This document shows positions 35,845-48,587 of a stretch of 64,000 nucleotides of DNA, piece by piece. The notes below the pieces were generated by a model that was not told where the DNA came from, searched no databases, and saw only the letters and a program-made list of their open reading frames with translations. This DNA is from Protoeuglena noctilucae (Eukaryota), in assembly GCA_958009085.1 (NCBI GenBank), contig OY253675.1, forward strand, positions 1,116,001 through 1,180,000, given 5' to 3'. Numbering within the stretch: position 1 is the first letter of the stretch; the number at the start of each line of letters is the position of its first letter. A program made the position numbers and the translations under genes.

Positions 35845-36316
35845 AGTGCGCACAGAGCGACTACAGGGTCCATATCCGGACTGAGCTGTCGCTGGACCCG
35901 CTCGCCAGCTGCTTGCCATTACTGGAAAATGCGACCGACTCGACCCCCTGTTCATGCCCTGACAGCACTCGCAGCTCCTCTCCTGTGTCCGCATCCCAAA
36001 CCCTGACCGTGGCGTCCCACGACGCGCTCACAACTTGGGTGCCATCAGGAGAGAAGGCGACTGAGGTCACGGCACTCGCATGGCCCTGCATGGTGACCAG
36101 CATCTCCCCTTGCAAGGTGTCCCACATCTTGACGCCAAAGTCCCATGACCCGCTGGCAAGGCGCATGCCGTCGGGGGAGAATGACACCGAGGACACTGCG
36201 CCCTGGTGCCCTCTGTAAGTGCGCAGTGCTCTGCCCGTGGCTGCGTCCCATAGCCATCAGCACACATTAACCGCCCTCAAGCTCGAAGCCAACCTTGCAT
36301 TTGCACGTGTAGCCCC
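35845..36316 (-). pseudogene. Relic duplicate of the WD40 3' end plus a short EGF fragment
   Basis: 35845-36254 is almost identical to 26181-26590 (offset 9664); ~36271-36316 resembles ~27494-27538. No start or upstream exons. Confidence 0.9.
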
Positions 36317-36319
36317 CTA

Positions 36320-39300
36320 TGATCCCCCACCCATCGCCCATCACCACCTGCCCCCTCTAGCCGCGTCGTGATCCCCCACCCATCACCACCTCTCTCCCTC
36401 TCACCTGGCCGCGTCCCTGGCCTGCTGGGCAATCTGCACGAGCTTGATCCTCAGCACGTCCGCACCCGCACCCGCACCACCCGCCTGCAATCCGTAGCAA
36501 CAGTGGCATCGATTCCACCATTTGTGCTCATGAATGCGCCACTGACAATCCAATTTTGCAATGGCAACCGTTAGGCTGGTGCAGCGATGCCGGACGCACT
36601 CCATGACTATCTCGTACTGTGCGTGCATCATCACGTACACCTGCATGCCACTCATCTCATGTTGACACAGCCCCATCATTCACACCTGCATGCTTTCGAT
36701 GACCTTCTGGTAGTGGGCGTGCACCCCCTCCACCTCCGCCACGGCATCTTCCAACTTGGCACCCAGGTCATCCACCTGGCCCTGCAGTTTGAAGATAATC
36801 CCTGCAGCTTCTCAATGTACTCGGCCTTGTCCTGCTCTGAGGCACTGCAGGGGGGTGGGGGAGATGAGTGGGGAGACGGGTGGCAGAGATGGCTGGGGGA
36901 GGTGGGGCAGAGACGTGTGTCAGAGTTACACCACCCAGATGGATCGTCACTCGCATGACCGCCACGCTGCACAACATGCACTCCCCCTCAACCCGCGATC
37001 CCCGCCCTTGATGGTAGCGTTTGTGACTGCCACGCTCACGCACATGCACACAGACTCTCACCCCGTGATCCCCGCCATGGGCGTGGCCTTGATGGACTTG
37101 CACCTCTGCGCGAAGTAGAGGGTGTTGACGCTCTCATCCACGTTGGTCTTGGATAAATCAATGTTGGCGATGACGGTGATGAGGGCATTGCCGGCCAGGC
37201 TGTCCTTGAGCACGTGGGTGAGCTTGGAGTCACTGGGGGGAGAGAGAAAAGAATGGCTTGGCTTCGGTTGCAGCAATGCAGGGGGTGCTTGTATGCTGAA
37301 CTGCAGCATGTTGTCCATCGATTCACCACGTGCGATCCCCCACTCAGCAAATATATCGCAGTCACTGCATCGCCCCTTGTGACCCGTCCCCCTCCCCTCT
37401 CGTCACCGGTACGGCACGTGGATGTCGGGCTTCTCCGGCAGCTGGCTGAGCGCCAGCACGACCTTGGCCAGTGCGGACAGCGAGGTGTTGATGTGCACGG
37501 CCTCCTTGAACCGCTGCCCCTCGGAGTGGGACTTCTTGATGCGCTCGCTCCCCGCCAGGTCCACCATGTTGATGCGGCCCACGATGGGGGCCTGCTTGCT
37601 CATCGACACCGTCACTGCGATTGTTAAGAAAGAGGGGCCTGCTTGCTCATGGAGACCGTCACTGCGAGTGATGGGGCAGAGATGGGTCTGCTTGCTCATG
37701 GAGACCGTCACTGCGATGGAGGGGGTGAGGGAGATGGGGTATGTGAGATGGGGTGTGCTACAGCGGTGGGGTGGGTGGGCAGAGCAACCAAGGTGTGCCC
37801 AGTCAGTTACAATGAGCGTGGCTGCTGCTGTGTCGCCCCCACTTCTGCCGCACAGTGCCACAAATCATCACCACTCTGCCCCCATCGCCCCCCATGCTCA
37901 TGCACCCCCCGCCCCTCGCCTGTGATGGTGAAGACGGTGTGGGACCGTGAGGACGCCTGGTTGAGGTTGGTCTCCTTGGTGGTCCTCAGCGCCACGCCAG
38001 CCGCGATGATGTCCAGGATCTCGTCCAACTGATCCACGTCGATCTCCGTCAAGCCACGCACAAACGTCGAGCCCTGGGGGGTGAGCGGGGGGGGGTGAGG
38101 GGTGACGGTGGCGGTCATATGGGGTACACAAGGTAGCAACGGTAAAGACAGTGTGATACGATGCGAAGAATAGACGCCGTGAGCAAGCAACATCCATCCC
38201 AGACACAGCACACCTCCCTCTCCCATACCACCACCATCATCACAGCCATCCTCACCTGCCCCCCCTGCGTCGCGGGCGCCCCCTGTCCCTGCTGGTAGTC
38301 CATGATCTCCAGGCTCTGCCTCTCGTACTCCCACAGGGGGTCCCCCGGGCCGCCCCGCGTGAAGGGCGGCCGGGAGCGCCTCAGCTCGTGGCACTTGGCG
38401 CTGGTCACTGGCACATTAAGCAGGTCCGCGTACGTGTAGGCGATGCCCAGGTCACTGCGAGTGCGGGGAGGGGCAGTGGTTACAGGATCCAACCTCCTCA
38501 CCGTATGATGGTGTAGCGTATGACAGCGTATGCTGTTGTTGTCATTGCACAGACCCTGCCTGCCGCTCGCTCGCTCGCTTCTCACCGAATGTTGTCGTTG
38601 TACAGTTCCAGAAACTGGCACGTGAGCTTGACCTTGCCCGTGCCCGACTGGTTGACTTGCTCGGCGCGGCTCAGCAAATGCATCACGAGGCTGCGAGGGG
38701 CAACGGGGAGAGGGAGAGGGACATGAGGGGTGTGATGGGAGCATGGCGAGGGTGCGAACAAAAACAGCATGTCGCTCAGCCAACGGTGGCGCCGGCAGGA
38801 CCGGCCATGACACCCTGTTTGCGACCATATCTACCCCCGCCCCCGCTCTGCATGCCCCCGCCATGCCTCCCCGCCCCCTCAATCATCACCGTGGAATGAT
38901 GCCGCGGTGTTCGATGGACTCGTCTCCGTACATCGAGTACGTCTTCCCCGACCCCGTCTGCCCGTAGGCGAAGCAGCACGACGAGAAGCCCTGCATGGCG
39001 TGGTCCGCGAGGGGCCGGCCGATGCGGTCGTAGACGTCCTGCTGCGAGGCGCGCTCGTCGAAAATGCGATCGAAGGAGAACTGGAGACTCCGGGGAATTG
39101 GATTCTGCTCCGTCATCGGCATCCTGCGCGCGGAGAAGGGCGAGAGAGCAGGTTGCATGGAAGCCCACCCGGCGGCGCCGTGGGGATTGCGGAGGGCCGG
39201 GGAGAGCAACGTGCGCGCACCTCAAGAGCATTTGCTTGCCGCGGACCACGCACGACGCCCGGTCCGCGTATGGGGCCATCGGGCGGATGCGAACGGCCAC

Positions 39301-40746
39301 GACCACCGGGTCCTGCCTCTCATCGGACTCCTGAGGGCAGCGACGAGCGGCGCGGGATCCGCGGCAAGCAAATTGGAGTTGAAACCGACTGGTGAGATCA
39401 GAGCGCGGCCAACTGAAGGCTCCCAAGCGACGGGGCGGCACGAGTGCATGTCCCTGCGAGACTCGGCAGCGTTGCGAAGAGCCGACAGGGCGTGCGAGCC
39501 GAAAAAGGACCGACGACGGGCATGTCACAGTTTACGTGACGCCGCTCGCGCTCACGGGCAGCGGTTCCGGCGACAGCCCCGTCTTGGGGGCGGCGTCCGG
39601 CGCCGACATGCTGGAGCGGGGAGCCCCCGCCGGGGCCGGACCGGCGCCCGCGGCGCAGCGCGCGCTCTCTCCGACGAAGCAGACTGCCCTTGCGTGTCCT
39701 CGTCCTCAATGGCTCTCTGTGCCGGCGCGGCGCGAGGCCCAAGTGTGCGATGGAAGGCGAGGTTGTTGCGCGACGAGCGCTGGAGAAGACGCCCGGGGAG
39801 GATGCGCTGCGAAGAAGATATCGAAGTGGCGATCGCCAGATGCAGCTCCTGGGCATCAAAGCCAGACGCCGAGGCGGCTGGCTCCGGTGCCCTACCCAGC
39901 GGTCAGCGAATGACCCGGAAAGAAGAGGCTATACATCGGCGCCACCATCGCACAAGCAGCCACTCCGTCCGCACATTCCGCACGCGGCGCGTCCGCGCAC
40001 ACCGAGCCCCTCGGCGCGGGGCTTGGGATGCTAACAACAACACTCGCGCCGTGCCCCCGCGCGTGGCCCGCTGAGCCTCGCCTTCCGCTCTGCGCTTCGT
40101 TCGCGTGTTGCCGTCCTCGCCACCGCGTGCTGCCCCGCGCTGTCAAGGATTCGCGTCAGCCCGGTCCTCGTCACGTTGCGAAGCCCGTCGCATCCCCGCG
40201 CGCCCCCGCGGCGGCCGCGAGCGACGAAGCTGCCATGCGGTTCTACGGCTGTTACCTTCTCCAGTCCCTCCATCCACGCGGGAAGAACCGGACGTACATC
40301 GGTGCGCGGCGAGGGGGACTGTTGCTGTCGTCGCAGCGTGCGACAGCTGCGTGCAACTCGGCGCATCCCACCTCGCGCGCAGGCTTCACCGTGAATCCTC
40401 TGCGGCGCATCCGGCAGCACAACGGCGAGATATCCAACGGCGCGCACCGCACCCGCGCCTGGCGGCCCTGGGAGATGGTGCTGGTGGTGCACGGCTTCCC
40501 CACCAAGGCAAGGGACGAGATGGTGGTGTATTTAGGGTGTATAGTAGCACTATGTGGGACAGACACCGCATGCGTGTGCATACCATCTATGGGTATGCCT
40601 GCGTGTCTATACTCCACTGGCTGTCCATGCAATCACGCAGCATCACCCACCTGTCGCATCATGCGCAACCACCCACGCTCTCCTCTCCCCCCTCCCCCTC
40701 AGATCCACGCCCTGCAGTTCGAGTGGGCGTGGCAGCACCCCACCCG
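36320..40746. repeat. Segmental duplication copy B (kinesin 5' part, shared upstream region, SLX1 5' part)
   Basis: Direct repeat of ~21380-25755. Confidence 0.95.
36405..39609 (-). pseudogene. Truncated kinesin duplicate (motor exons intact; frameshift after the motor; coiled-coil exons missing)
   Basis: Motor exons are nearly identical to 21.4-24.6 kb; 1-nt deletion near 36800 (GAG GGC ATT ATC becomes CAG GG- ATT ATC); no counterpart of exons 18474-21100. Confidence 0.8.
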
Positions 40747-43415
40747 CAGCCTGGCCGCGCGGTCGGTGGCAGCCCGCATCGGCACCAGGGGCATGCAGGG
40801 GGCCCAGGGGCGCGTGAGGCTGCTGGTGACGGGCGGGGGAGGGAGAGGGGTGGGGAGGGCATGTGCATGGGGTTGTGCCTATACAGCATCAGTCCTCACA
40901 TCCCAGTCACTGCCACCGTAACGCTAGCTGTGCCTCGTAAGTGAGCCCACCGCCACCTTACCCTCCCCGCAGTTCGGCATGCTCCACCAGGAGCCATGGC
41001 GGTACTTTCCATTGGTGAGCGACGAGAGACACGAACAGACACGCGCATGGAGACGAGACACTGTTAATCAAGGCACTTGGCCACTCACCCATCCACACAC
41101 CCATGCACTCACCCATGCCCACCTGTGACCCCTCGCTCTCAACACGGTTGTTATTATGACACATGTATATACACATGTATCCACCCGCAGTCGGTTCAGC
41201 TCCTCGACTCCCGCCACAACGCGCTGCGTGTGGGTATACCCCCCCCACCGCCCCACGTGGGGGTGGAGGTGGGGCCGGCGGCGTCGCTGGTGGGTCCTGG
41301 GGTGGAGGAGTCGACGAGTGATGAGGAGGAGGAGGGGGGGATGAGCGGGGAGGGGGGGGAGGGAGGTGAGCAGGGCAGTGCAGGAGAGTGGGGGGCTGTT
41401 TGCACTGCTGTCTGACCTCCGTGCCACTTGTAAATGGCACCGTGGTTACACTGCATTTGTACCTGCACTGTACTGCGCATGTCTTGGTTGTCCACTTTTA
41501 CACATGCCGGGTCCGCCTGCCACCCCCACTGCCTCGTCACCCACGGCCCTGAGTCAGCCCTGACGATGTCGTAATCCTGGCACCCCCAGGTGTCCCCGGC
41601 TCGTCGCTGCCCACCTCCCCGGTGCATTCCGACACTGACGTGGAGATTCTGGCATCCCCGGCGCCCATGAGTCAGGTGAACCTTGACAGATGGGCGGTGT
41701 GGCTGACCGTGTCGGTGACTGCTCATGGATACTGATACGATAGTGGTATAGTCAATGCTCAAGCAGCCTGACTACTACCAGTCTCATTCTCACTGCTAGC
41801 AAGCGCGCAGCCATGGGTACGCCTCACTCAGCCCACCCACCCTCACCGGCCCCGCAGCCAGTAGACGCATCTGCCGCCACCCCCGATCGCGGCACCCATG
41901 CGGAGTCGAAAGGCGACCATCGCCGCTGCGTGGCCTGTGCTGCAGTGCTGGGCACCTCCTGGCTGCAGTGCGGATGCGGGGCCACGGGCCACGTGGGGTG
42001 CCTGGCGAGGGCGTTTCTGGCAGAGTCCGACCATGCCAGTGGTCTGCCAGAACAGGTGAGGGTAGCGAAGGGGTCGAGCAGATGCAATCGGGTGGGGTGG
42101 ATGGACAGCGAAATACATGGTCTGTGCTGTCACGGTGCGCTTTCTGAGACGGCAGTGCTGCATGTTACTATGCGTATACTGTGCATCTACACCATATCTC
42201 CCCGTGCTTTCCTCCCCCAACCCCCCAGGGCTGCTGCCCCTCTTGCCGCGTGGTGCGTCCGTGGCGGGAGTGGCTGCTGCTGTCACGGTCGGAGGGGTGG
42301 GGTGCGGGGCGCAAGAGGCGGGGGAGGGGCAGGAAAGGTGCTGGGAAGGAGGCGGGCAAGGGGAAAGGGAAGGGTGCTGCGAGCGGGGGTGCGGAGGAGG
42401 GGCGTGGGGATGCAAATGGCCGAGCGCGTAAGGGGGCTGGGAAGGGAATGAAGAGGGCCAAGGGAGGCGAGGGGGGTGACGTGGGTGGGGTGGAGAGCAA
42501 AAGTGAGAAACAGGGGCAGAAGAGGGGTGGGCGTGGTGGCAGGGTGGACGCGGTGGGTGGGGACGTGCTGGGTAGCATCAGCGGTGTGCTGAGTGTGGAT
42601 GAGGGGTCTGCATCTGATGTGGAGGTGATGCCGCTGCGGGCGAGATTGGCGGAACGCATGCGGGAGGAGGGGGGCGGCAGAGCAAGGGCGGCGGTGGGGG
42701 GGAGGGGAGCGACAGGGTTGGGGTCGGTGGTGGGGGGTGGCACTGTGGCTGGGGTGTCCGTGGGCGTGGCGGACGGTCATGGCAGAGCAGAAAAGCGGGA
42801 GTCCGAAGCACACAGCACGGATGAGGAAGGGCTTTCGTCGACCTTCTCTCTGCCGCTGGCGGAGCGAGTGCAGTGAGCCATGCGCATGGGAAGCAAGCGG
42901 TGGTGCGAATCGGTTGATACTTTCACTGGTAATGGTGTCAAATAAGCTCGCAGCACGTCTCTGTACCCTCTCTTCCCCTCAGGAGGCGAGCTCAGGCACT
43001 TGGGGCGTCCCCCAGTCACGCGCCACCCATGCCGTCATTTGCTAATGCTACACCTATGGACAGAGACTCTGACTCGCCCGTCGTCGCGTCGCCGATCGGG
43101 AGTCGTAGCGCCCGGCGATCGGGGCGAAGGGCCTTCGGCACCAACGGGGCTAACCTGCCTGGGAGGGGTGGGGGCAAGGGAGGTGGTGGTGCGAGGGAGG
43201 GTGATAACGTGGGGTTTGTGGACCTGACCTCCCCAAAGGGAGAGAACGGGGCATGCTGTTGTTACATGGCAGTCATGGATTTGGCTAATGGTTGCATCTA
43301 TATGGCTTGCCGCCGCGTTCAATGGCTGATGGCAGCATTAGTCAGCGCGCATCCAGTGCCACGCAACAGGACACACCATATCATTCGGATGGCTCTGCAC
43401 GATATGACGTCTTAG
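40235..43415 (+). CDS. SLX1: Structure-specific endonuclease subunit SLX1 (GIY-YIG + RING-like + low-complexity tail); intact copy, 3' end uncertain (42876 or 43415)
   Basis: [75 protein letters not shown], then C..C...C.C...H..CLA..F and GCCPSC. Confidence 0.93.
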
Positions 43416-43481
43416 TATCTATCCAGTCACTTCACATGGGCCCACGAGCGATGATGAACCAGCTACCCTGATATCGCCCAC

Positions 43482-45056
43482 CTATCGGGGTCGGGGTGGC
43501 AGGGCAATGCCCCACCCAATCTTGTCAGCCAAGGTGTCCTTGCGAGACTCCTCCTGCGCGGCCGGAGACACAGATACCATGTAAAAAGACAGGCCACGAC
43601 TGACACAGTGTGCCACTGTCGTGACATGGTTCGCACGACATGATTGCAAGCAGGATGCAGCCACGCCAGCCATGCCACCATGACGCATCCATCTCTGCAC
43701 CCTCACCCGCATCCCCACGTCCACCCCCAGCAGCCTCTTCAGCTCCCTGTTCCTGTCGGCCGCCTCCACTGGCACGCTATAGTGACGGGCCAGGGACGCC
43801 AACGCTCCCCGATCCACGCCCAGCTCCGCTGATAGCCGATCCACTGCGGGGGTGAATGGGAGGGAGCGATGGGGTGAAGGTTGCAGGGACGGTGCTGTGC
43901 AGAGTGGCCAGGGCAACAGTGCCGACACCCAAGCAGGTGGCAACGCGTTGAATGCGACATGGCGATTGCTCTGACCCGTTACTACGAGTAAGCAAATGCC
44001 CTGCTCTCTTACCTTCCTTGGCGAGTGGCCCCTCGACCGCCACCGGCTTCAGCGCCCGTCCGCCCTCGACCCGGCGGTCCCCCCGGTGCGCTGCCAGCAG
44101 ACGCATGGCCTCCATCAGCACGGGGCCATCCACGGTGCCACGAAGACGGAGCGCCCTGAGGGTGAAGAGAGGGTGATGGTATCACCAAGCACTGGTCAAT
44201 GGTGCATGGGCATCAAGCACAGCATGAGCCTTCCCCCGACCCCCAACCCAACACCGCGTCGCCAGGCTCACCTCTCCTCCCGCATGCGTCTCTTGCGCTC
44301 CAGTCCTGCCTCGTACCGTGCCTGGTCCATCATCGGCACCACCTCCTCGCGAATGCCCGCCATCTGCGACACACGGGCGAGCGAGTTACTCCAACGCCCA
44401 GGCCAGGTGCCTCGCGAAATATATCAATTGGCAATAGTTGTGCTTGCCGTTGGCATGGCGTTGCTTTTCAGACGGAATCCGCGACGCGGCTCACCACGGA
44501 CGCCACGCGCTGGTCCAACGACGCGTCCCGCGAGTCCGTGTCGAGGTCGTGTGGCACATAGCGGCTGCGTAGCAGACGACAGTCGCTTGTACTTCATGAC
44601 GCGGGGCCGGGACAGGGCAATGGAGCCAGCCTCGCGCCTTCTGCGCACCTGGCGCTCCGCGTCACCCCCGGCCCGTCCTGAAGGGGCGCATCAGCGCCCG
44701 GCGCGTGCTGCTCGTCCGCTTGCCCGTCCTCTCTTGAATGCGTTGGAGGCGAGTCGCTCTCCGTCGACGCCCGAACGGCCCTGCAGCAGCAAAGGCCAAC
44801 GTTGCGCTCGCTGAAACGGCCGCCCTGTCGTCTTTCGTGGGGGCCTATCCCTACCAAGACGGCATTTAAGGTGTATAATATCCAATACGCAGACTGGTCG
44901 CGACGTGCGCTTCGGCACGGCCACGCGCGGGGGCCAGGCAAGCGCGCACCTGAGCGCCTCCCGCGGGTCCGCCCCGCGATCGAAAACCCTCTTTGTAGCG
45001 CTTGTACGGGACGACGCCAATGCACCGGCACCGGCCTTGCTGGCCGTCGCGCCCAT
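43482..45056 (-). CDS. Small 7-exon protein, possibly NDUFAF4-like (complex I assembly factor family)
   Basis: Phase-consistent model: MGATASK.. / DSRDASLDQRVASV-MAGIRE / LRGTVDGPVLMEAMRLL / VDRLSAELGVDRGALASLARHYSVP. The N-terminal MG and C-terminal motifs resemble plant NDUFAF4-like proteins. The gene model is good; the family call is tentative. Confidence 0.5.
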
Positions 45057-45392
45057 CGGGGCGCCAGGTGCGGGAGAAGACCCGCGCGACGGTCGCGGAA
45101 CGGTTCGGCGCCAAGCAGTGTCCGTGGAGGGGCGGTGGCCTTGCGCAGTCGAGTCTGTGCACTTGTGTAGTGTTTCGTACGCCATGCGATGCTTCATCGG
45201 CGCAGAAAGCGAGGGTGACCGTTCAGCGGGCGCCAGACCGACGTTTCACGGGCGTGCGGGCCGGGCACAAGACTCGGGCCCATCTCCGCGGGGCCAGACT
45301 AGCCGGCCCGCGCCCATCGAACGTTTGCGGGACCCCTGTCGCCGTCCTCGCGGTTCTCTGCTCATCTCGGGTTTTATCGGGAGGGGGGACGC

Positions 45393-46761
45393 ATGTCTGT
45401 GGCTAACACGCGCTGCTTGGCGGCGTCGCCGGCCTGCGGGGTGGCCTCGACCCCGCGGCCGTGCGTCGCCGCCATGCCCGCGCGCCGGGGGCTCCGCTGC
45501 CGGTCGGTCGTGACCGCGGCCACCACAGGTGCGTCCTGGGCGTCGCGAGGTCCCCCGCTTGCCGCACGGAGACATTGTTGCAATACGCATCCGCGCGTCG
45601 CCCGGATGTGGCCCGGGGTGCCCGGCGCTGTCGTCCACGACCTTGCTGAGGGCCCGTGCGCACCGGATGGGCGGGCGCCGAGATCTACAGCCATTGATTG
45701 TTGCCGTTGATGTCGTATCCTCGCCTCACGCGTGACCTGGCGCTCTCTTTTGGCTCTGCGACGCGGAAGCACCTGCGAGCGAAGCGAGGGCACGGTTTGC
45801 GGGAATACTTCGCACATGCCGCTTTTACTTAGCTTTTATCGAGCGCGCATGTCGCATCCCAGGGTCTAGCGCGCTCGGATGGCCCAGCTCTGGCCACCAG
45901 CCCACTGTCCTGCCCACCCTTTGGCATGCCGCCGAGCGTGATGTGCAGCTTTTAGGCCAGGAGACTTACGCGGACCGTGGCCAGCCGCGCTCGACGCCGG
46001 ACCTCCCCACTCTCCCCCCGCAGTCGAGAAGATGGGCCGGGACCTGTGGAACAACACGTACTACCCGACCAAGGGCGACGTGGCCAACGTCACCAAGCCC
46101 TCGTACATCATCAACGCGGAGGGGCAGGTGCGGCCCGGCGCGGTGCCCCCGCGGGCGCGCGGGGCAGTGGATTGAGCGCCGCTGGCGGCCGGGCCTCTGC
46201 GCCGCGCCCGCCGCGCTGGCGCCGCCGCCGGACCCGCGCCCGCCTTCCTCCCCCTCAGACGCTCGGTCGGCTTGCCACGCTGGCGGCCAAGGTCATCCGC
46301 GGGAAGCACACGCCGCTGTACCACCCGGCGATGGACATGGGCTGCTACGTGGTGGTGATCAACGCCGACAAGGTGGAGGTCACGGGGAAGAAGGAGAACC
46401 AGAAGACCTACTTCCGCCACACCCAGAACAAGCGCTCGGGCGCCGGCCGGTGCGTTGGGGTCGGGGCGTGATGTGGCCATGCGTTGGCGCGGACTTTGGC
46501 CCTCCCGCGGACGCCCAACCGCCGCTCTCTCCGCGCAGTCTCGGCGGCTGGAAGGTGGAGACTCTGAGCAACCTCCGCGCGCGCCTCCCCGAGCGCATCG
46601 TGGAGGAGGCGGTGTACGGGATGCTCCCCAAGGGCCGCATTGGGCACGACATCCGCACGCACCACCTCAAGGTCTTCAAGGGCGCCGAGCACCCCCACGA
46701 GGCGCAGCAGCCCACGGACATCACGCACCTCATCGACGCCAAGCCCAGCCCCCGCTTCTGA
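45393..46761 (+). CDS. RPL13: Plastid 50S ribosomal protein L13 with transit-peptide exon, 4 exons
   Basis: [90 protein letters not shown]; Arg/Ala/Ser-rich first exon. Confidence 0.96.
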
Positions 46762-47015
46762 GAACAATCCGGGGGACATGGGGCGGCGGGGCTTTGTGGG
46801 TGATATGTGGGTGATTCGCGGCAGGGCACTCCTCGGCTGAGCGCGCCGTGCTCGTCCTGTTGAAACGCATCACGTGTTGTTACAAATAAGCATCGGGTGG
46901 TGCACACATCAGCGCAGTAATGCGTTGTGCCACTCTCCATGGCGGTGCGTCACTGCCATAGCTTTCATTTAATGGGTACCCAGTGAGTGACCCCCGTGGC
47001 CCTTCAATCGGCTCT

Positions 47016-48230
47016 CTAGAAGCTCTGCGGCGCCACGGAGCAGTAGAGGGGCTGCAGGTCGCGGTAGCGCACGTCGCCGATGCTGACGGTGACTTGGAGG
47101 GAGCGGAAGCCGTAACTGTCCTGCAAGCATGGGCGGGGTGAAGGTGGTGGATGAGAGGGGCGTTGGTGGACCAGTGCTGATCTCGCTGATCTCGCACAGA
47201 GTCACTTTGCGTGGCACTCTGCCGCCGCACTTGCATAGTCGTCCCGCTCGCGCCAATGCAAGCCTCGCCCCCCCTCCTTCACTCACCAGGATGCCCCTCA
47301 CCCCCCACTCGTCCCCCCCCACGGCCGGCCCCCTCCCCTGCGCCCTCGCCCCCAGGGACGCCAGGGTCGGCAGGTCCTGCCCCTCGTCGTCCATCTCCGC
47401 CATATGCTCACTGGGAGAGACATGAGACGGGGGGTAGAGTCACTGCAAGGTAGCATGACATGTGCTCACATTGCTGAGCCACGAAGGGGAAGAGAGCGCC
47501 TGACTGCAACACCCTCTACCCACTCCCACTCCCCCACCCCAACCCCTGCTCCTCGCCTAAAGCTCTGCTTCCTCCGCTGCCCGTCCCTGCGCCTCTGTCC
47601 CCCCGAGTCGTCGCGCCTCACGCCCCGCCGGTCCTCGAACAGACCCGCCACCCCCGAGTTGCCGCGCTCCCGGCCCAGCGGCCCTCCCCCGGACATCCGC
47701 CGCGGCTGCCTCAGCACAATGCCACCCGCAGACGACACGCCCTCCAGCAGGCCGTCAAACGCCCGCAGCGCCATCGCACGCACCGCACCCACGCCCTGTG
47801 CAGGGCCCACACCCTGCGAGAGACGAGAGGAAGGGTGCTGAGCATTACCTACTGCAATCTCAGCATGATCTTCACACCGTCATATCAATGCCAGTCGGCC
47901 AGGGCAGAGAGACGGGCTGCGAGGGCTGGCACCCACAGCTGCGCTCGGCAGAGCAAGGCAGGGACGGCCGCCACCCTTCACTGCCCCGCCCAGCCTCGCC
48001 TTGAGCCCTCCCCCCTCCGTCCCCACCCCGTCGCGCCCCGCCCCCACCCCCGCCCTCGCGCCGCCCCCCGCCTCCGCCCCTGCCCCTGACCCCTGCGCCC
48101 CGCTTGGCCCCGCCACCCCACCCCCCCCGCTTGCGGATGCTTGCCCCGTGGTTGGCGCCCTTGCCCCCGGCGACAGCGTGGCCACCTGTGCCGCCTGTCT
48201 CCCAATGCTCACCCTCCACACCAGGCTCGC
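47016..48230 (-). CDS. 3' exons of an unidentified gene (upstream part hidden in the gap)
   Basis: Phase-consistent exons ASLVWRVSIG..GLK / GVGPAQG..AMALRAFDGLLEG.. / EHMAEMDDEG..RGIL / DSYGFRSLQVTVSIGDVRYRDLQPLYCSVAPQSF*. A link to the NTF2 exons across the gap is not established. Confidence 0.5.
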
Positions 48231-48371
48231 CTGAGAGGGGTGAGGATGGCACAGGTGGGGTGAGAACACAGGTGGGGTTGCGTGACGATGACAGCTGCTC
48301 GCGATGCTAGTACAGCACATCCATGACTCTGCTATCGGCATGCATGACAGAAATGCCCATAGCAAGCCATT

Positions 48372-48571
48372 NNNNNNNNNNNNNNNNNNNNNNNNNNNNN
48401 NNNNNNNNNNNNNNNNNNNNNNNNNNNNNNNNNNNNNNNNNNNNNNNNNNNNNNNNNNNNNNNNNNNNNNNNNNNNNNNNNNNNNNNNNNNNNNNNNNNN
48501 NNNNNNNNNNNNNNNNNNNNNNNNNNNNNNNNNNNNNNNNNNNNNNNNNNNNNNNNNNNNNNNNNNNNNNN
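48372..48571. other. Assembly gap (200 N)
   Basis: Run of N characters. Confidence 1.
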
Positions 48572-48587
48572 CGTGGCGTCCTCTCAC

